A DNA stretch of 64,000 nucleotides from Methanomassiliicoccales archaeon (GCA_050010535.1 JBEKKT010000002.1:11247-75246); one strand, 5' to 3'; counted from the stretch's first letter, positions 39,379 through 50,080 are shown. The notes: a model not told the origin generated them from the sequence alone. Numbers and translations are program-made.

Positions 39379-39564
39379 ATTGGCCGATTATACTCTACCT
39401 AATTTCCTGGGTTATCGAACCCGTGCGAATGGAAGAGGAAAGGAGACTGTTTCATCGCTGAAAACGAGAAATCTCGAACTTTGATTCGGGACACACCTCT
39501 TTGTTTGACTTTCCTATTGTATTGAAATCAGAAAAAGAATGTCTGGATATGCTCGGGTGTGCGG

Positions 39565-39578
39565 CCCGGCAGCCGCAC
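39565..39578 (+). repeat. Distal att core CCCGGCAGCCGCAC
   Basis: Identical to tRNA 3' end 20151-20164. Confidence 0.92.
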
Positions 39579-39600
39579 TCGAATTTGCAATTCAAACCGG

Positions 39601-40380
39601 TCATGAATCGTTGTTCTTTTTTCCTTGTTTGATTTTTCCAACCGGGGCAAGGTAAATAGTGAATTCTTCATTTCCATCCACTCCCAACAAAACATCCATC
39701 TTTCCCTGATCATAAGCTGCAACGGCGCAAGTTCCGGCCCCGATCGATTCGGATGCAAGATAGAGATTCTGACAAACATGACCAGCATCCAATGCAGAGA
39801 CTTTGTGTGCTCGAGTGAGGTAACGCCATTCAGATCTGTACGGGATTACAGTCCAGATGAAGACGACGGCGCCCCCGGCCACGAAGCTTTGCCCCATTGT
39901 TGCTTCTATAAGCCTTTCTTTGAATCCCGGGTCGAACTCAGACAGGAAGCACAACTTGTGATACAAGGGTAAGTGTCGATAGAGTCCTGGCCGAAGCCCG
40001 TACACATGGTTCACAACGATGTACGTCTCCAGGGGATGGCGCGCCCCAGCAGATGGAACCGTTCGCAACGTATGAACATTTTCTTTGGACACGCTCCTCA
40101 CTCCCTGAGTAGCCCAGAGTAAGAATGAAAGTTCCTCCTTCGTCAGGGATTCCTCAGAGTATTGCCTGTGACTCCTCCGTTTCCTGACAACATCTATTAG
40201 AGGCATGTTGCCAACAGACAGTTCATCTGGTGGAACCAGATCGACCAGTTCAAGATTCTCTGGGCACGGTTTCTGAAGAGGCGGCGGCGGGACCCCTCTC
40301 TGCTGGTCCGACCTTAAGCCCTGCACGTCAACCAGAATCAATTGCTTCAGAAATTCGCGATGCTTCTCGACGGCTTTCAA
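39601..40380 (-). CDS. SagB/ThcOx-type nitroreductase family protein
   Basis: RRSHRQY, RTVPSAGARHPLETY, DAGHVCQNLYL, CAVAAYD. Confidence 0.9.
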   Translation of the reverse strand: MKAVEKHREFLKQLILVDVQGLRSDQQRGVPPPPLQKPCPENLELVDLVPPDELSVGNMPLIDVVRKRRSHRQYSEESLTKEELSFLLWATQGVRSVSKENVHTLRTVPSAGARHPLETYIVVNHVYGLRPGLYRHLPLYHKLCFLSEFDPGFKERLIEATMGQSFVAGGAVVFIWTVIPYRSEWRYLTRAHKVSALDAGHVCQNLYLASESIGAGTCAVAAYDQGKMDVLLGVDGNEEFTIYLAPVGKIKQGKKNNDS

Positions 40381-40650
40381 TAGCCTCGCCCCTCTATGAC
40401 TAGACGTTCCATCCTATAATTCTTGACTACATCCTCTCCGGGCAGATGTCGTTATATGCTCATTCCTTCGTCACTTGAACTGAACAAACGTAAATATGTT
40501 CTTATCTGGGTCTACGAACGAAGCTGCCCGACCGCCCCAAGGTTCGTCCTTTCGTCCTGAACGAGCTCTGGAAGGCCTACGGGTTCAGGGGAAACAGGAA
40601 TGAATCTTCAACACCATGATTGATGCGTCCAAGGGAGGAATAGACTTCAC

Positions 40651-41670
40651 TTGATAGAGATCGACGGCTCCGAGGGAGAGGGCGGAGGACAGTTGCTGCG
40701 TTGCGCGGTAGCAATGTCAGCTCTGACAGGAAAGGACGTAAGGGTATTCAACGTACGAGCGGGGCGCCCGAATCCCGGTCTCACGCCTCAGCACCTGACC
40801 GCAGTCAGAGGGGTAGCTTCACTCTGCGACGCGAAGGCGGATGGTGCCGTCGTGGGGAGCACGGAGCTTAGCTTCCACCCCGGACCGGTCTCCGGAGACG
40901 GGAGAAGACTCGATGTCGGCACCGCCGGTAGCATCTCCCTCGTGCTCCAGGCATGCATGCTTCCAGCGCTTAAATCCGGCAAGGTGACGACACTCGAGAT
41001 CTCCGGAGGAACGAACGTCAGATGGTCTCCCCCGATAGACTACTATCTGGATCTGCTGTTTCCGATGCTGAGGAGAATGGGTGTGGAGATCCGCATGCAC
41101 GTGGATGCCAGAGGGTTCTACCCGGAGGGTGGAGGGAAGGTGGTGGTCACGATTGGACCATCGACGGACATCTTCCCGCTCGACTTGAGCGAGAGGGGCG
41201 AATTGAAGGGGCTACGGGGCGTGTGCTTCTCTCAGAATCTGCCCGTTCATGTTTGCAAGCGAATATCGCACTCAGCGAAGAAGGCATTCATAGACGAAGG
41301 CGAATTGGTTGTGAGAGCCGATTTGTCCAGTGGCAGATCCACAGGAGCTGGCATATGTCTGTTCGCGGAATACAAAAGGACCGTTCTCGGCGCTGACGCG
41401 CTCGGTTATAGGGGAATCCCGGCCGAGAAGGTGGGGGCGGATGCCGCCGAGGCGCTGAGGAGGGAGATGAGCGGGATCGGAACGCTCGACGTCCACTCGG
41501 CGGACCAACTCGTTCCCTACATGGCCCTCGCGAAGGGCAGATCGGTGTTCAGGGTCAGGGAGATGACCGAGCACTTGAGGACACAGATGTGGCTGATAGG
41601 CAAGTTTCTCGATGCAACGTTCGATGTAAGGAGCCTCGCCGGCGGATATGAGATTGCCGTCGCTCCCTAG
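40651..41670 (+). CDS. rtcA: RNA 3'-terminal phosphate cyclase
   Basis: IDGSEGEGGGQLLR, RPNPGL..QHL, RGFYPEGGG, DVHSADQL. Confidence 0.95.
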   Translation: MIEIDGSEGEGGGQLLRCAVAMSALTGKDVRVFNVRAGRPNPGLTPQHLTAVRGVASLCDAKADGAVVGSTELSFHPGPVSGDGRRLDVGTAGSISLVLQACMLPALKSGKVTTLEISGGTNVRWSPPIDYYLDLLFPMLRRMGVEIRMHVDARGFYPEGGGKVVVTIGPSTDIFPLDLSERGELKGLRGVCFSQNLPVHVCKRISHSAKKAFIDEGELVVRADLSSGRSTGAGICLFAEYKRTVLGADALGYRGIPAEKVGADAAEALRREMSGIGTLDVHSADQLVPYMALAKGRSVFRVREMTEHLRTQMWLIGKFLDATFDVRSLAGGYEIAVAP

Positions 41671-42431
41671 CCGTAAATTATCGACCACGTCTTCTTAAGT
41701 TCGTCCTTCTTGCCAGCCTTCTTTTAGACTTCTTTGAGCCTCTCCTCGGTGCCTGCTGCCTCGGACAGAAAAGGTTCCGTATCGAGCTTTGCGTGAGTAA
41801 GTATCTTGTTAATCGCGGCTGTCACCGCCGCGGCCGCCCTGCGTCCGGATACTTCCAGTGCGCCTCCGAGACGAGAATCACCACGTCAGAGCTCCTGCTC
41901 ACCTCTTCATTAAGCAAGACACCAGCTAGGCCAACGATGACACCGTTGTCTATCAGCGGTATTTCATTCCTCCTAGGAATGCCCATTGCGTTCGGCGTCG
42001 CGCCGATGCCATTGACCTGATTCTTAGGAGGCGCCTATCAGACCTTTTGAGCCGCCTCCCCTGCCTCAATGACCAACCCCTCGGGCGATATGAGCATCTG
42101 GCACCCGTTATCCTCTCACCAATCAATCCTCGTCTTCGCCAAAGGCTTTGCTAGGCTGTAAGGCGGGGGGGACTCCGAGACGAAGGCTACAACCTTGTAA
42201 TTCCCCTTCTGACCCGCATAAATTCTTGCGTGGCTGTAATGTCTCCCGCCCTTGACCAGAGAAGCCGCTGGGAAACTGACCGAATCCATCACCACGATAT
42301 CTTCCAGCTCGAGGAAGCTAACGACGTCATTCGCCGAGATCGCCCACGAGACCCACGCTCGGGAAACCATCGATCACGTGTGCGCCCTGGATATCCCTCT
42401 TCTTCCTCTCGATTATCTCGATTCCTTCCAT
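41667..42431 (-). pseudogene. PAC2-family proteasome assembly chaperone, degraded
   Basis: VIDGFPSVGLV, DSVSFP...RIYA, LISPEG, GLAGVLLNE, YPDA.AAA and C-terminal IYG, spread over frames with in-frame stops. Confidence 0.75.
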
Positions 42432-42535
42432 CTGGATTCATATCTGCTTTGAGCTAATGGACGGTTGGGAATCGACGGCGTTCGGGTTCAATCTCCGGAA
42501 GTATTATTGTGCTTTCATGAGTATACTTGGCCACG

Positions 42536-43171
42536 ATGAGGCCTTTCGTCATCGTCAACTGCGCAATGACGCCAGACGGCAAGATAGCAGGCAGGAGCCG
42601 GAGGCAGGTCAGGATATCGTCCCGGGAAGATGCGGAAAGGGTTCAATCACTCCGCACGTCCTCGGACGCCATCCTTGTCGGTGTAGGGACGATACTCGCC
42701 GACGACCCGCATCTCACGGTAAAGGGCGCCGCACCTACCAAGACCCTGCTTAGAGTTGTCCTGGATTCCAAGGGTAGGACACCAGAGAATGCCAGGGTGC
42801 TTGACGGCAGCGCGCCGACCCTAATCGTCACCACGGAGGAGTGTTCGAAGACCTGGAAGAGAGTGGAGGTACTTCGCTGCGGAATTGGGCGCGTGGACCT
42901 CCGCATCTTGCTGACTGAGCTCTACAGGCAAGGCGTGAGGCGCCTCCTAGTCGAAGGAGGGGGAGAGGTCATATGGTCATTCTTCGCCGGCGGCTTCGTC
43001 GATCGCTATTGCGTCTTCGTTGGAAAGATGATAATCGGCGGAAGCACTTCCCCCACGCCTGCGGACGGCGAGGGATTCCCTGATGAGGAGACGATTCCCC
43101 TCGAGCTGGTCGAGGTCACCAGGCTCGGTGATGGGGTCCTGCTGAGCTACGAGGTCGTCCGGGATGACTGA
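42536..43171 (+). CDS. 2,5-diamino-6-(ribosylamino)-4(3H)-pyrimidinone 5'-phosphate reductase (RibD C-terminal family)
   Basis: AMTPDGKIA, ILVGVGTILADDPHLTV, LLVEGGGE. Confidence 0.9.
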   Translation: MRPFVIVNCAMTPDGKIAGRSRRQVRISSREDAERVQSLRTSSDAILVGVGTILADDPHLTVKGAAPTKTLLRVVLDSKGRTPENARVLDGSAPTLIVTTEECSKTWKRVEVLRCGIGRVDLRILLTELYRQGVRRLLVEGGGEVIWSFFAGGFVDRYCVFVGKMIIGGSTSPTPADGEGFPDEETIPLELVEVTRLGDGVLLSYEVVRDD

Positions 43172-43637
43172 CGAGAGACCGAAATTCTCCGCTGACGAGA
43201 TGCTCGGATCTCTATCTCGCTGGCTTCGCATAATGGGCTACGACACCACCTATGAGAAGAATATGGAGGATGCGGACATCCTCCGACTGGCGAGTGCAGA
43301 GGACAGGATTCTGCTGACGAGAGACAAGGACCTGGTCCGGAGAGCAAAAGGAAGAGGCCTGTATGTCGAGAGTGACGAACTCTCCGAGCAGTTGAGTCAG
43401 GTCTTCGAGGCGTTCGATCTCAGCACGTATGAGGCGCTAACCCGCTGCACCGTGTGCAACGGAGATCTCGTGATTGTTCAGCCAAACGAGGTCAAGGACG
43501 ATGTCCCGGTCGGAGCGCTTGATAACAACGACGAATTCTACCGCTGCACGAAGTGCGGAAAGATCTACTGGAAGGGCTCTCACTGGGACAACATACTCAA
43601 CAGACTGGGGGCTCTCAATTCCGACAGAAGCAAATGA
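43164..43637 (+). CDS. Mut7-C RNase domain protein
   Basis: DEMLGSLSRWLRIMGYDT, LLTRD, RCTVCNG, CTKCGKIYWKGSH. Confidence 0.9.
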   Translation: MTDERPKFSADEMLGSLSRWLRIMGYDTTYEKNMEDADILRLASAEDRILLTRDKDLVRRAKGRGLYVESDELSEQLSQVFEAFDLSTYEALTRCTVCNGDLVIVQPNEVKDDVPVGALDNNDEFYRCTKCGKIYWKGSHWDNILNRLGALNSDRSK

Positions 43638-43677
43638 GAGTGGAAAAGAGCGGTAACTTCCTGCCGGAGAAATCCGC

Positions 43678-44625
43678 TCACAGTTGGTAGTAGTCCTCGC
43701 TGATGATCTTTCCCGTCCCGGCATTGACGATCATGACGCCGTGTATGCCTTCGACGCACCAAATAGGAGAGTAGAAGATGCCCTGCCCCTCCAGATTGAC
43801 ATCCTCCGCCCGCGGCGAGACCCTCTTCTTTTCTACGACCGTCACCTGTCCACTGTCCTTGATGACCTCCTTCTCATAAGAATACATCCGGACCACTTCA
43901 TCTTTAACAAGTCCTTTCGCCTCTTCTGCGTCCAGCATCGGCTCGAGGCGCCTGTAGCTCTGTTCCAATGAGAAGACGATCTCGACCTTGTCGTTCCACT
44001 TCTCCACCTTCTTCGTCAGGGCGTTCACAGACAGCTGGCCACCCTCACTTCCGATCTTCTTGTCCTCCACGTACAGGTCGCAGGAATACTTGTATACGTA
44101 GAAGGGGACAAGCTCCAGTCCGTACCTGAAACCGCCCACAGTCTGCCTAGCGATTTCCCTGACATCATTGATCGTGATCGTCGGCTTGACTATACGCTCC
44201 CCCAAATCAGCGGTCTGCACCTTCTCGAGTTCCTCTGGTGAGACCATCTTCGGGTAGTCGTCGGCTAAGAGCTCGTCCACAAGACCGTGGTCCCGTTCGC
44301 CAACGATCCTCTCGATCCTAGTCCTGCCAATCTCGCGTTCGATAGCCTCCCTATCCCACACGAAGACTCCTGCATCCAGTGCTTCCTTAGAGGAATCCGG
44401 CAAGTCTTTCAGCGTCGCGATAACCTTCCTGCCCTTAAAGTCCCTGAGCTGGCCAAGAAAAGCCTTGATGGATTTGTCATCCTCCGGCGAGATCAGGCAG
44501 AAGACGACCTCGTTCTCACCCTTCTTCCCGACTAAATAGCCATTACGCTCGGATACCTCAAAATCTCTTGCCTCGAGGATCTCCGTGATAACACTAGTCA
44601 GAGAGGTCAAGAGCGCACCGGACAC
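43678..44625 (-). CDS. Hypothetical protein
   Basis: 315-aa ORF with host-like codon usage. Confidence 0.65.
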   Translation of the reverse strand: MSGALLTSLTSVITEILEARDFEVSERNGYLVGKKGENEVVFCLISPEDDKSIKAFLGQLRDFKGRKVIATLKDLPDSSKEALDAGVFVWDREAIEREIGRTRIERIVGERDHGLVDELLADDYPKMVSPEELEKVQTADLGERIVKPTITINDVREIARQTVGGFRYGLELVPFYVYKYSCDLYVEDKKIGSEGGQLSVNALTKKVEKWNDKVEIVFSLEQSYRRLEPMLDAEEAKGLVKDEVVRMYSYEKEVIKDSGQVTVVEKKRVSPRAEDVNLEGQGIFYSPIWCVEGIHGVMIVNAGTGKIISEDYYQL

Positions 44626-44762
44626 ATCATCAGGTCTTTCTCATAAAAGCATTTGTTCGGTAAACTGAGTCTCCCAGCGAGAAAGAAATTGCTTTATATT
44701 CTACACGCCCGTTAACCCGTCGTAAACAGTGCGCAATCCAGGTCGTTCCAGTTTAGGAGACA

Positions 44763-46043
44763 GTGTCCATGAAAAGCGAGTTGAGAGAGCAACTGAAAAT
44801 CCGCCAGGCCGCCATGGAAGAGGTCAATGATTTTCTTCTTGATCCAAAGAATCCGGTGATCAATGACATCCTTCAGGTAGTGGACAAATATGGTTCCCCT
44901 GACGAGATCAACGCAAAGGCGCGGGAAGCAAGACGGCTTTCGAATCTCACGAAGAGACTGCGCAAGATCCGTTCTCCATACTTGAAGGGCTTGGAATGGC
45001 TCGAAGCTCAGAGAGACAAGGAGGCGTTCATCTCGATTCCGGGGTTTCGCCGCCAGGTCCTGGGAACGAAAGCGGACAAAATGAAATTCGACAAGAAACA
45101 TGCTATCACCTTAGAGATAAGCGCGCTTCAGTACTTTCCATGGCTGATCACAGAGGCAAAACAGGCGATCAAGAACAAAGAGATCATGCCGGGTCGATAC
45201 ATCAGGGTCCGCAAGATGAAGGAGCAGGAGAAGGACCAGGGAGACATCCTGGCCGTCGCTGCGGCCATGCAGATTGTCGGCGCATCATACGTCGAGACAC
45301 TGGACACAAAAGGGACGGACGGATCGAACGTGCACCTCGGAGGTCCGGCGACGATCACAGGCTATTTCGGTGGAGTGGGCCAGCCGAACGATCACGCTCT
45401 GCAGTACATCGACGAGTTCCTCCACTACTACACTGAGTACGGCGTTCAGCAGGTCCTTAACATCAACCCCGGAACGGTCCTGCTCGGGTACATCATCTAC
45501 AAGCTCGGGATCGACATGGAGTTCAAGATATCGGTGTTCATGGGCAATGACAACCCGTATTCGATACTGTGGACACTGATGGCGGCTAGGTTGTTCTCAA
45601 GAAATGATGGCTCAGTGCCGCTAATTGGGTTCAACCTCAGCAACTCGGTGGACGTGAAGACAATCGAGAAGGGCGCCTACATCCGAAAGCAGTTCGGCCT
45701 GGAGGAAAACGTTCGCATCGAGCATCACATCACCGAGACCTGGAAGAGCATCGTGAGGCAGCCGTACAACCGCCGCGACGACCTCGTGAAGTTGTCCAAT
45801 CACGTCAAGAACATCGCCGCGAAGCACGAGGGAGGAGAGGTCGATGTGGAGGAGAAACGCAAGCACCCGTCTGACATCCTGGACTACTTCAGAGACAAAG
45901 AGGAAGTGATCGCAGCGGGAGACATGGAATACCTCGAAGAGAATTATCTGGACAAGCATGAGTCCGTAAACCTCACCGCGAAAGCGCTGACGAAGAAAGG
46001 ATTGTCCTTTGTAGCCGCGTGGAACCTGCACTCCGAGAAGTAG
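44763..46043 (+). CDS. Hypothetical protein (426 aa)
   Basis: Long ORF with own TATA-like box (~44692) and downstream hairpin; start may be ATG 44769. Confidence 0.75.
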   Translation: MSMKSELREQLKIRQAAMEEVNDFLLDPKNPVINDILQVVDKYGSPDEINAKAREARRLSNLTKRLRKIRSPYLKGLEWLEAQRDKEAFISIPGFRRQVLGTKADKMKFDKKHAITLEISALQYFPWLITEAKQAIKNKEIMPGRYIRVRKMKEQEKDQGDILAVAAAMQIVGASYVETLDTKGTDGSNVHLGGPATITGYFGGVGQPNDHALQYIDEFLHYYTEYGVQQVLNINPGTVLLGYIIYKLGIDMEFKISVFMGNDNPYSILWTLMAARLFSRNDGSVPLIGFNLSNSVDVKTIEKGAYIRKQFGLEENVRIEHHITETWKSIVRQPYNRRDDLVKLSNHVKNIAAKHEGGEVDVEEKRKHPSDILDYFRDKEEVIAAGDMEYLEENYLDKHESVNLTAKALTKKGLSFVAAWNLHSEK

Positions 46044-46066
46044 AGCGGTACGAAATCAAGAGAAAA

Positions 46067-46090
46067 GAGCCGGGCCTATTAGGCCCGCTC
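46067..46090. terminator. GC-rich hairpin, candidate terminator
   Basis: CGGGCCT-ATT-AGGCCCG stem plus GAG/CTC, flanked by an A-rich and a T-rich tract. Confidence 0.55.
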
Positions 46091-46197
46091 CTTTCCAATA
46101 TTGTCACCTTCCCTTTTTTCATCGTATTGAAGGTCAGAGCACGCCCGTGTATCGCGATCAAAGGAAAGATTGAATATTCGCGTATTGCTAGGACGAA

Positions 46198-46620
46198 ATG
46201 ATGGCGTCGGCAAGACTCCTGAGACCGGCCTCACTGCTGATGATCATAGTCGGAGTTGTCATCTCAATCGTATCGATAGTTCAGGGCCAGATGCAGGTCA
46301 TATTGTTCCTTATCTTCCCGGTCTTCTACGCGGAAGAGGTGCTCCCTGCTATCGGGACAGCGCTGCTGTTCATCGGCATCGTCGGGCTGTTCCTTTCGTT
46401 CTTCGTATCTATGACCCCTAGCGACGCGAGATCGCGTCCTAACGACGGGCCTCTCGACCTGGCTGAAGCCGAAGAAAGGCGCAAGCCAAAGATGAAATCC
46501 GGGGGCGTCGTTCTTATTGGTCCTGTCCCCATAATCTTCGGGTCGGATTGGAGGATGGCGATCACGGCGATAGTCCTCGCCATCCTGCTTGTCGGCATGA
46601 TGCTCCTATTCCTGCTCTAG
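46198..46620 (+). CDS. DUF131-family membrane protein
   Basis: GGVVLIGPVPIIFGSD motif, several TM helices. Confidence 0.85.
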   Translation: MMASARLLRPASLLMIIVGVVISIVSIVQGQMQVILFLIFPVFYAEEVLPAIGTALLFIGIVGLFLSFFVSMTPSDARSRPNDGPLDLAEAEERRKPKMKSGGVVLIGPVPIIFGSDWRMAITAIVLAILLVGMMLLFLL

Positions 46621-46833
46621 ACCCTTGGCAAGCGACTCCGCAGCCTCCTCGACCGAGGTCTCATGCCTCCTCGCCAGATCCCGTATCTCGCCCATCAGTC
46701 TGATGTAAACGTCGAAGTCCATGCCGCGCTTTCGCATCGTCTTGCCCAAGGTCTGCTCGAATGTCATCGTCTTCCTTGTTTGGGAGAGGGCCTCTTCGAT
46801 GATCTCTTTGTCCTGCTGACTCAGCGGCGCCAT
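46606..46833 (-). CDS. Small hypothetical protein
   Basis: 75-aa ORF overlapping the guaAA stop. Confidence 0.6.
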   Translation of the reverse strand: MAPLSQQDKEIIEEALSQTRKTMTFEQTLGKTMRKRGMDFDVYIRLMGEIRDLARRHETSVEEAAESLAKGLEQE

Positions 46834-47396
46834 TCCTCGACAACCCTCAAGAAGTTCTTGAAGATCTCGTATCCATGCTCCGTGTTCTCGACCTCGGGAT
46901 GGAACTGCAGCCCATAAATCGGCCTGGTCTTCATCTTGACAGCCTCGTGCGGACAGTTCTTGGAGTGGGCGAGCGTTTGGAACGATTCGGGCACGACAGT
47001 TACCTCATCGTTGTGCGATTCCCAGACGGAGAATTGCCTGGGCAGCCCCCGGAACATGTCATCCTCCTCATCCACGAAGAGCTGGGTCTTGCCAAACTCG
47101 GGTAGCTTCGCCGGCTCGGTCTTGCCGCCGAATCTGGTACAGGTGAATTGCATCCCGGCGCATATCCCCAATATCGGGAAGGCCGCCCTTTCGATGTATT
47201 CCCCGTTCCTGCCCATCCTGTCGACGTCAAGAGCCACACGAGGCGCTCCTCCCGACAGAACGAGCGCATCCACTTCGCCAAGTTCGTCGAACGGGGTGGT
47301 GTTTGGAACGACCTTCGTGTCGACCTCAAGGTACCTCAGTACCCTCCATTCCCGATGTGTCCACTGACCCCCGTTGTCGATGACGTAGACCTTCAT
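46821..47396 (-). CDS. guaAA: GMP synthase subunit A (glutamine amidotransferase)
   Basis: IDNGGQWTHR, LGICAGMQ, QFHPEV. Confidence 0.93.
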   Translation of the reverse strand: MKVYVIDNGGQWTHREWRVLRYLEVDTKVVPNTTPFDELGEVDALVLSGGAPRVALDVDRMGRNGEYIERAAFPILGICAGMQFTCTRFGGKTEPAKLPEFGKTQLFVDEEDDMFRGLPRQFSVWESHNDEVTVVPESFQTLAHSKNCPHEAVKMKTRPIYGLQFHPEVENTEHGYEIFKNFLRVVEEWRR

Positions 47397-47536
47397 TGCG
47401 TCGATAAATGGAGGGTGCTTATTTAAAAGATTGCGAGAGATGAGACTATGACTCTGAGACGTCGGCCAGTTCTATCATCGCCCCTCCGGAATCCGACGGC
47501 AAGGCTTAAGTCGTTCGCAGACATCCGAAATCTCAG

Positions 47537-48269
47537 ATGAAGGCAGTACTATTCGACCTGGGTCACACTCTAGTGGATTACTATCACGAGTGGAAAGGTC
47601 CCGAGGCTTGGGCCATTGATCGGGTCTTTCATATCATAACGGACGCCTGCGACCCCGCTCTCGACGAGACGGAATTCACTGCCTGCCTATCCCGCTTTCT
47701 CGAGGAAGCTAGGGAGCGCAAGACCGCAAGAATGGTCGATGTCCCTCTTTCTGAGACGCTCGAAACCTGCTTCCGCAGATTCGGCTGGGGATCCCGGCGA
47801 GAACCTCATGGTCGATTCGCTGAACGCGTTCTACCAGACCCTTCTCGACACGAGGAAGCTGGTCCCGGGAGCGGTCGAGATGCTCGAGAGGATCAGAGAC
47901 CGCGGTCTGCTTGTAGGCCTTGTCTCCGACGTTGCCTGGGGGCTGCCGTCTGAGTATCCGCTCAATGACTTGAGATACTTCCAGCTCGATGGGTATTTCG
48001 ACGATATGGTGTTCTCCAAGTATGTGGGACTGAGGAAGCCGAACCCGAGGATTTTCAAGATCGCTCTTTGGAACCTCGACGTCAAGTCGGCAGATTCGGC
48101 GTTCATCGGGAACTCGCTCCAAGCGGACATCAAAGGCGCTAAGGGCGTCGGGATGTTGGCGGTGCTGAAGGAATCGAAGTATTACCAGCACGATGACAAC
48201 GTCATCCCGGATGGCAGGGTAGCAGACTGGTCGGAGATAGACTTGTTGCTTGACGGCCACAGCGACTGA
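47537..48269 (+). pseudogene. HAD-superfamily hydrolase with one frameshift (~47786-47790), probably a sequencing error
   Basis: FDLGHTL in one frame; LVSD, KPNPRIF and IGNSLQADI in the next. Confidence 0.75.
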
Positions 48270-48275
48270 TCGACT

Positions 48276-49223
48276 CTACTCCCACTCGATCGTCGCCGGC
48301 GGCTTGTTGGTGATGTCGTATACCACCCTGTTCACCTTGTCCTTCATCTCGTTCGTTATCCTGACAGAGATCATCTCCAGGACCTCATGCGGTATCTTCG
48401 AATAGGCGGCGCTCATCCCGTCGATCGAGTCAACCGCCCTGACCGCGATCGTCCGTCCGTAAGCTCTCCTATCACCCTGTACCCCGACAGACTTGACCGG
48501 CAGGAGGACTGCAAAGTATTGCCACGGCCTCTCCATCTTGCCCTGGTCTGACGCCTTCTCCAATTCCTCCTCGACAATGGCACAGGCAGTTCTGACGATC
48601 TCCGCGGACTCTCGGGTGACCTCACCCATTATCCTTATGGCCAGAGCCGGCCCCGGGAACGGTTGACGCTCCGAGACATCGACCCCGAGGTACCTGGCGA
48701 CCGTCCTGACCTCATCTTTGTACAGGTCGCGCATCGGTTCGACGAGCTTCAGCTTCATGTCCCTCGGCAAACCGCCGACGTTATGATGACTCTTGATCGT
48801 GTCCCTTAGCTTGTCCCCGCTCTCGATCCAGTCGGGAGCGATCGTCCCTTGAACGAGGTACTCCGCATTGAACTCCCTTGCGACCCTTTCAAAGATCCTG
48901 ATGAATTTCTCCCCGATGACCTTCCTCTTCCTCTCAGGTTCGACGAAGCCTTCCAGTGCCTCGAAGAACTCGTCCGAGGCATCTATTAAGGTGAAGTTGA
49001 CGCCGAGCGTTCTTAGCGTCTCAGAGACCACTTCGGTCTCGCCCTTCCTCATGAGGCCCGTATCAACATAGACAGCAAGGAGTCTGTTCCCGATCGCCCT
49101 GCTCGCCAAGACGGCTGCGGTCGTGCTGTCCACGCCGCCTGAGCAGGCGATTATGGCCTTTCCCGGTATCGAATTCCTCAGATTCGCCCCCGCCTCCCTC
49201 ACGAACGCTCCAGCGTCGAACAT
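48276..49223 (-). CDS. guaAB: GMP synthase subunit B
   Basis: [40 protein letters not shown]. Confidence 0.95.
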   Translation of the reverse strand: MFDAGAFVREAGANLRNSIPGKAIIACSGGVDSTTAAVLASRAIGNRLLAVYVDTGLMRKGETEVVSETLRTLGVNFTLIDASDEFFEALEGFVEPERKRKVIGEKFIRIFERVAREFNAEYLVQGTIAPDWIESGDKLRDTIKSHHNVGGLPRDMKLKLVEPMRDLYKDEVRTVARYLGVDVSERQPFPGPALAIRIMGEVTRESAEIVRTACAIVEEELEKASDQGKMERPWQYFAVLLPVKSVGVQGDRRAYGRTIAVRAVDSIDGMSAAYSKIPHEVLEMISVRITNEMKDKVNRVVYDITNKPPATIEWE

Positions 49224-49225
49224 TG

Positions 49226-49705
49226 CTAGTGCACCTCCTCAGAATCGCACTCCACCTGCTCCGCCATCTCCTTCCTATACTCCACAAGTTCGTCGCGAAT
49301 CCTTTCGTCCCCTATCGCAAGCATCTCGAGGGCGAGCAAGGCGGCGTTATCACCCATGTCAAGACCCACCGCGGCGACCGGTATGCCAGGAGGCATCTGG
49401 ACGATGGAAAGGATGGAATCGATGTTCACCTTGCCACTCACCGGTACGCCGATCACTGGTTTCGTTGTAATCGAAGCGACAACCCCAGGCAGGGCGGCGG
49501 ACAGTCCAGCGATGGCAACGAAAATCTTCGCTTTGCTCCCCAGGACAAGATTCTTCACGCGGTCAGGTGTCCTGTGCGCGGAAGCGACCAGCATCTCGAC
49601 CGAGACGCCGAACCTGCGCAGCAATTGAACCGCTTTCTCGCCGACGGGGGCATCGCTCCTGCTCCCTAGAATGACAAGGACGTCGGGCATCATGCCACTG
49701 ACCAT
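49226..49705 (-). CDS. purE: N5-CAIR mutase / AIR carboxylase catalytic subunit
   Basis: [20 protein letters not shown]. Confidence 0.95.
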   Translation of the reverse strand: MVSGMMPDVLVILGSRSDAPVGEKAVQLLRRFGVSVEMLVASAHRTPDRVKNLVLGSKAKIFVAIAGLSAALPGVVASITTKPVIGVPVSGKVNIDSILSIVQMPPGIPVAAVGLDMGDNAALLALEMLAIGDERIRDELVEYRKEMAEQVECDSEEVH

Positions 49706-49757
49706 GTTGCCAGGATAAAAGAATTTCGCAGAAGAAGAAAATAGAAGGGATTTGTGA

Positions 49758-50051
49758 TCAAGATTTCATTATCGCCAGTAGGAAAGCACCCACGGCGATG
49801 AGAGCTCCAATGACCGCAGCCAGTATGTTTATAAATGCTGTCCAGACCACATCGCCGACCTCCACGTGGACCGTGTTCGTGAATCCGGCTAGGTACACCC
49901 AAAGTATTCCAACCACGAGACCGATGATAAGCAGCACCACGCCTATCGTCCTGCTCTTACCGCTTCCGAAGTACGCAGTAAAGGCCCCCGCCAGAACCAT
50001 GAATAGGCCGAAGGTCAACAAGAGCACCGTCAGGAAACTTTCCAAATCCAT
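49758..50051 (-). CDS. Small membrane protein
   Basis: Three hydrophobic segments; FTAYFGSGKSR. Confidence 0.7.
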   Translation of the reverse strand: MDLESFLTVLLLTFGLFMVLAGAFTAYFGSGKSRTIGVVLLIIGLVVGILWVYLAGFTNTVHVEVGDVVWTAFINILAAVIGALIAVGAFLLAIMKS

Positions 50052-50080
50052 TTTTTATCACCCGTGTCTCATTTTTTTCC

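Larger units (their letters stand above)
20151..39578. mobile_element. Integrative element (~19.4 kb) in tRNA-Gly(CCC) with defence cargo
   Basis: 14-bp direct repeat CCCGGCAGCCGCAC at both ends, integrase abutting the tRNA, replication-type ATPase, visibly more AT-rich than flanks. Confidence 0.9.
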
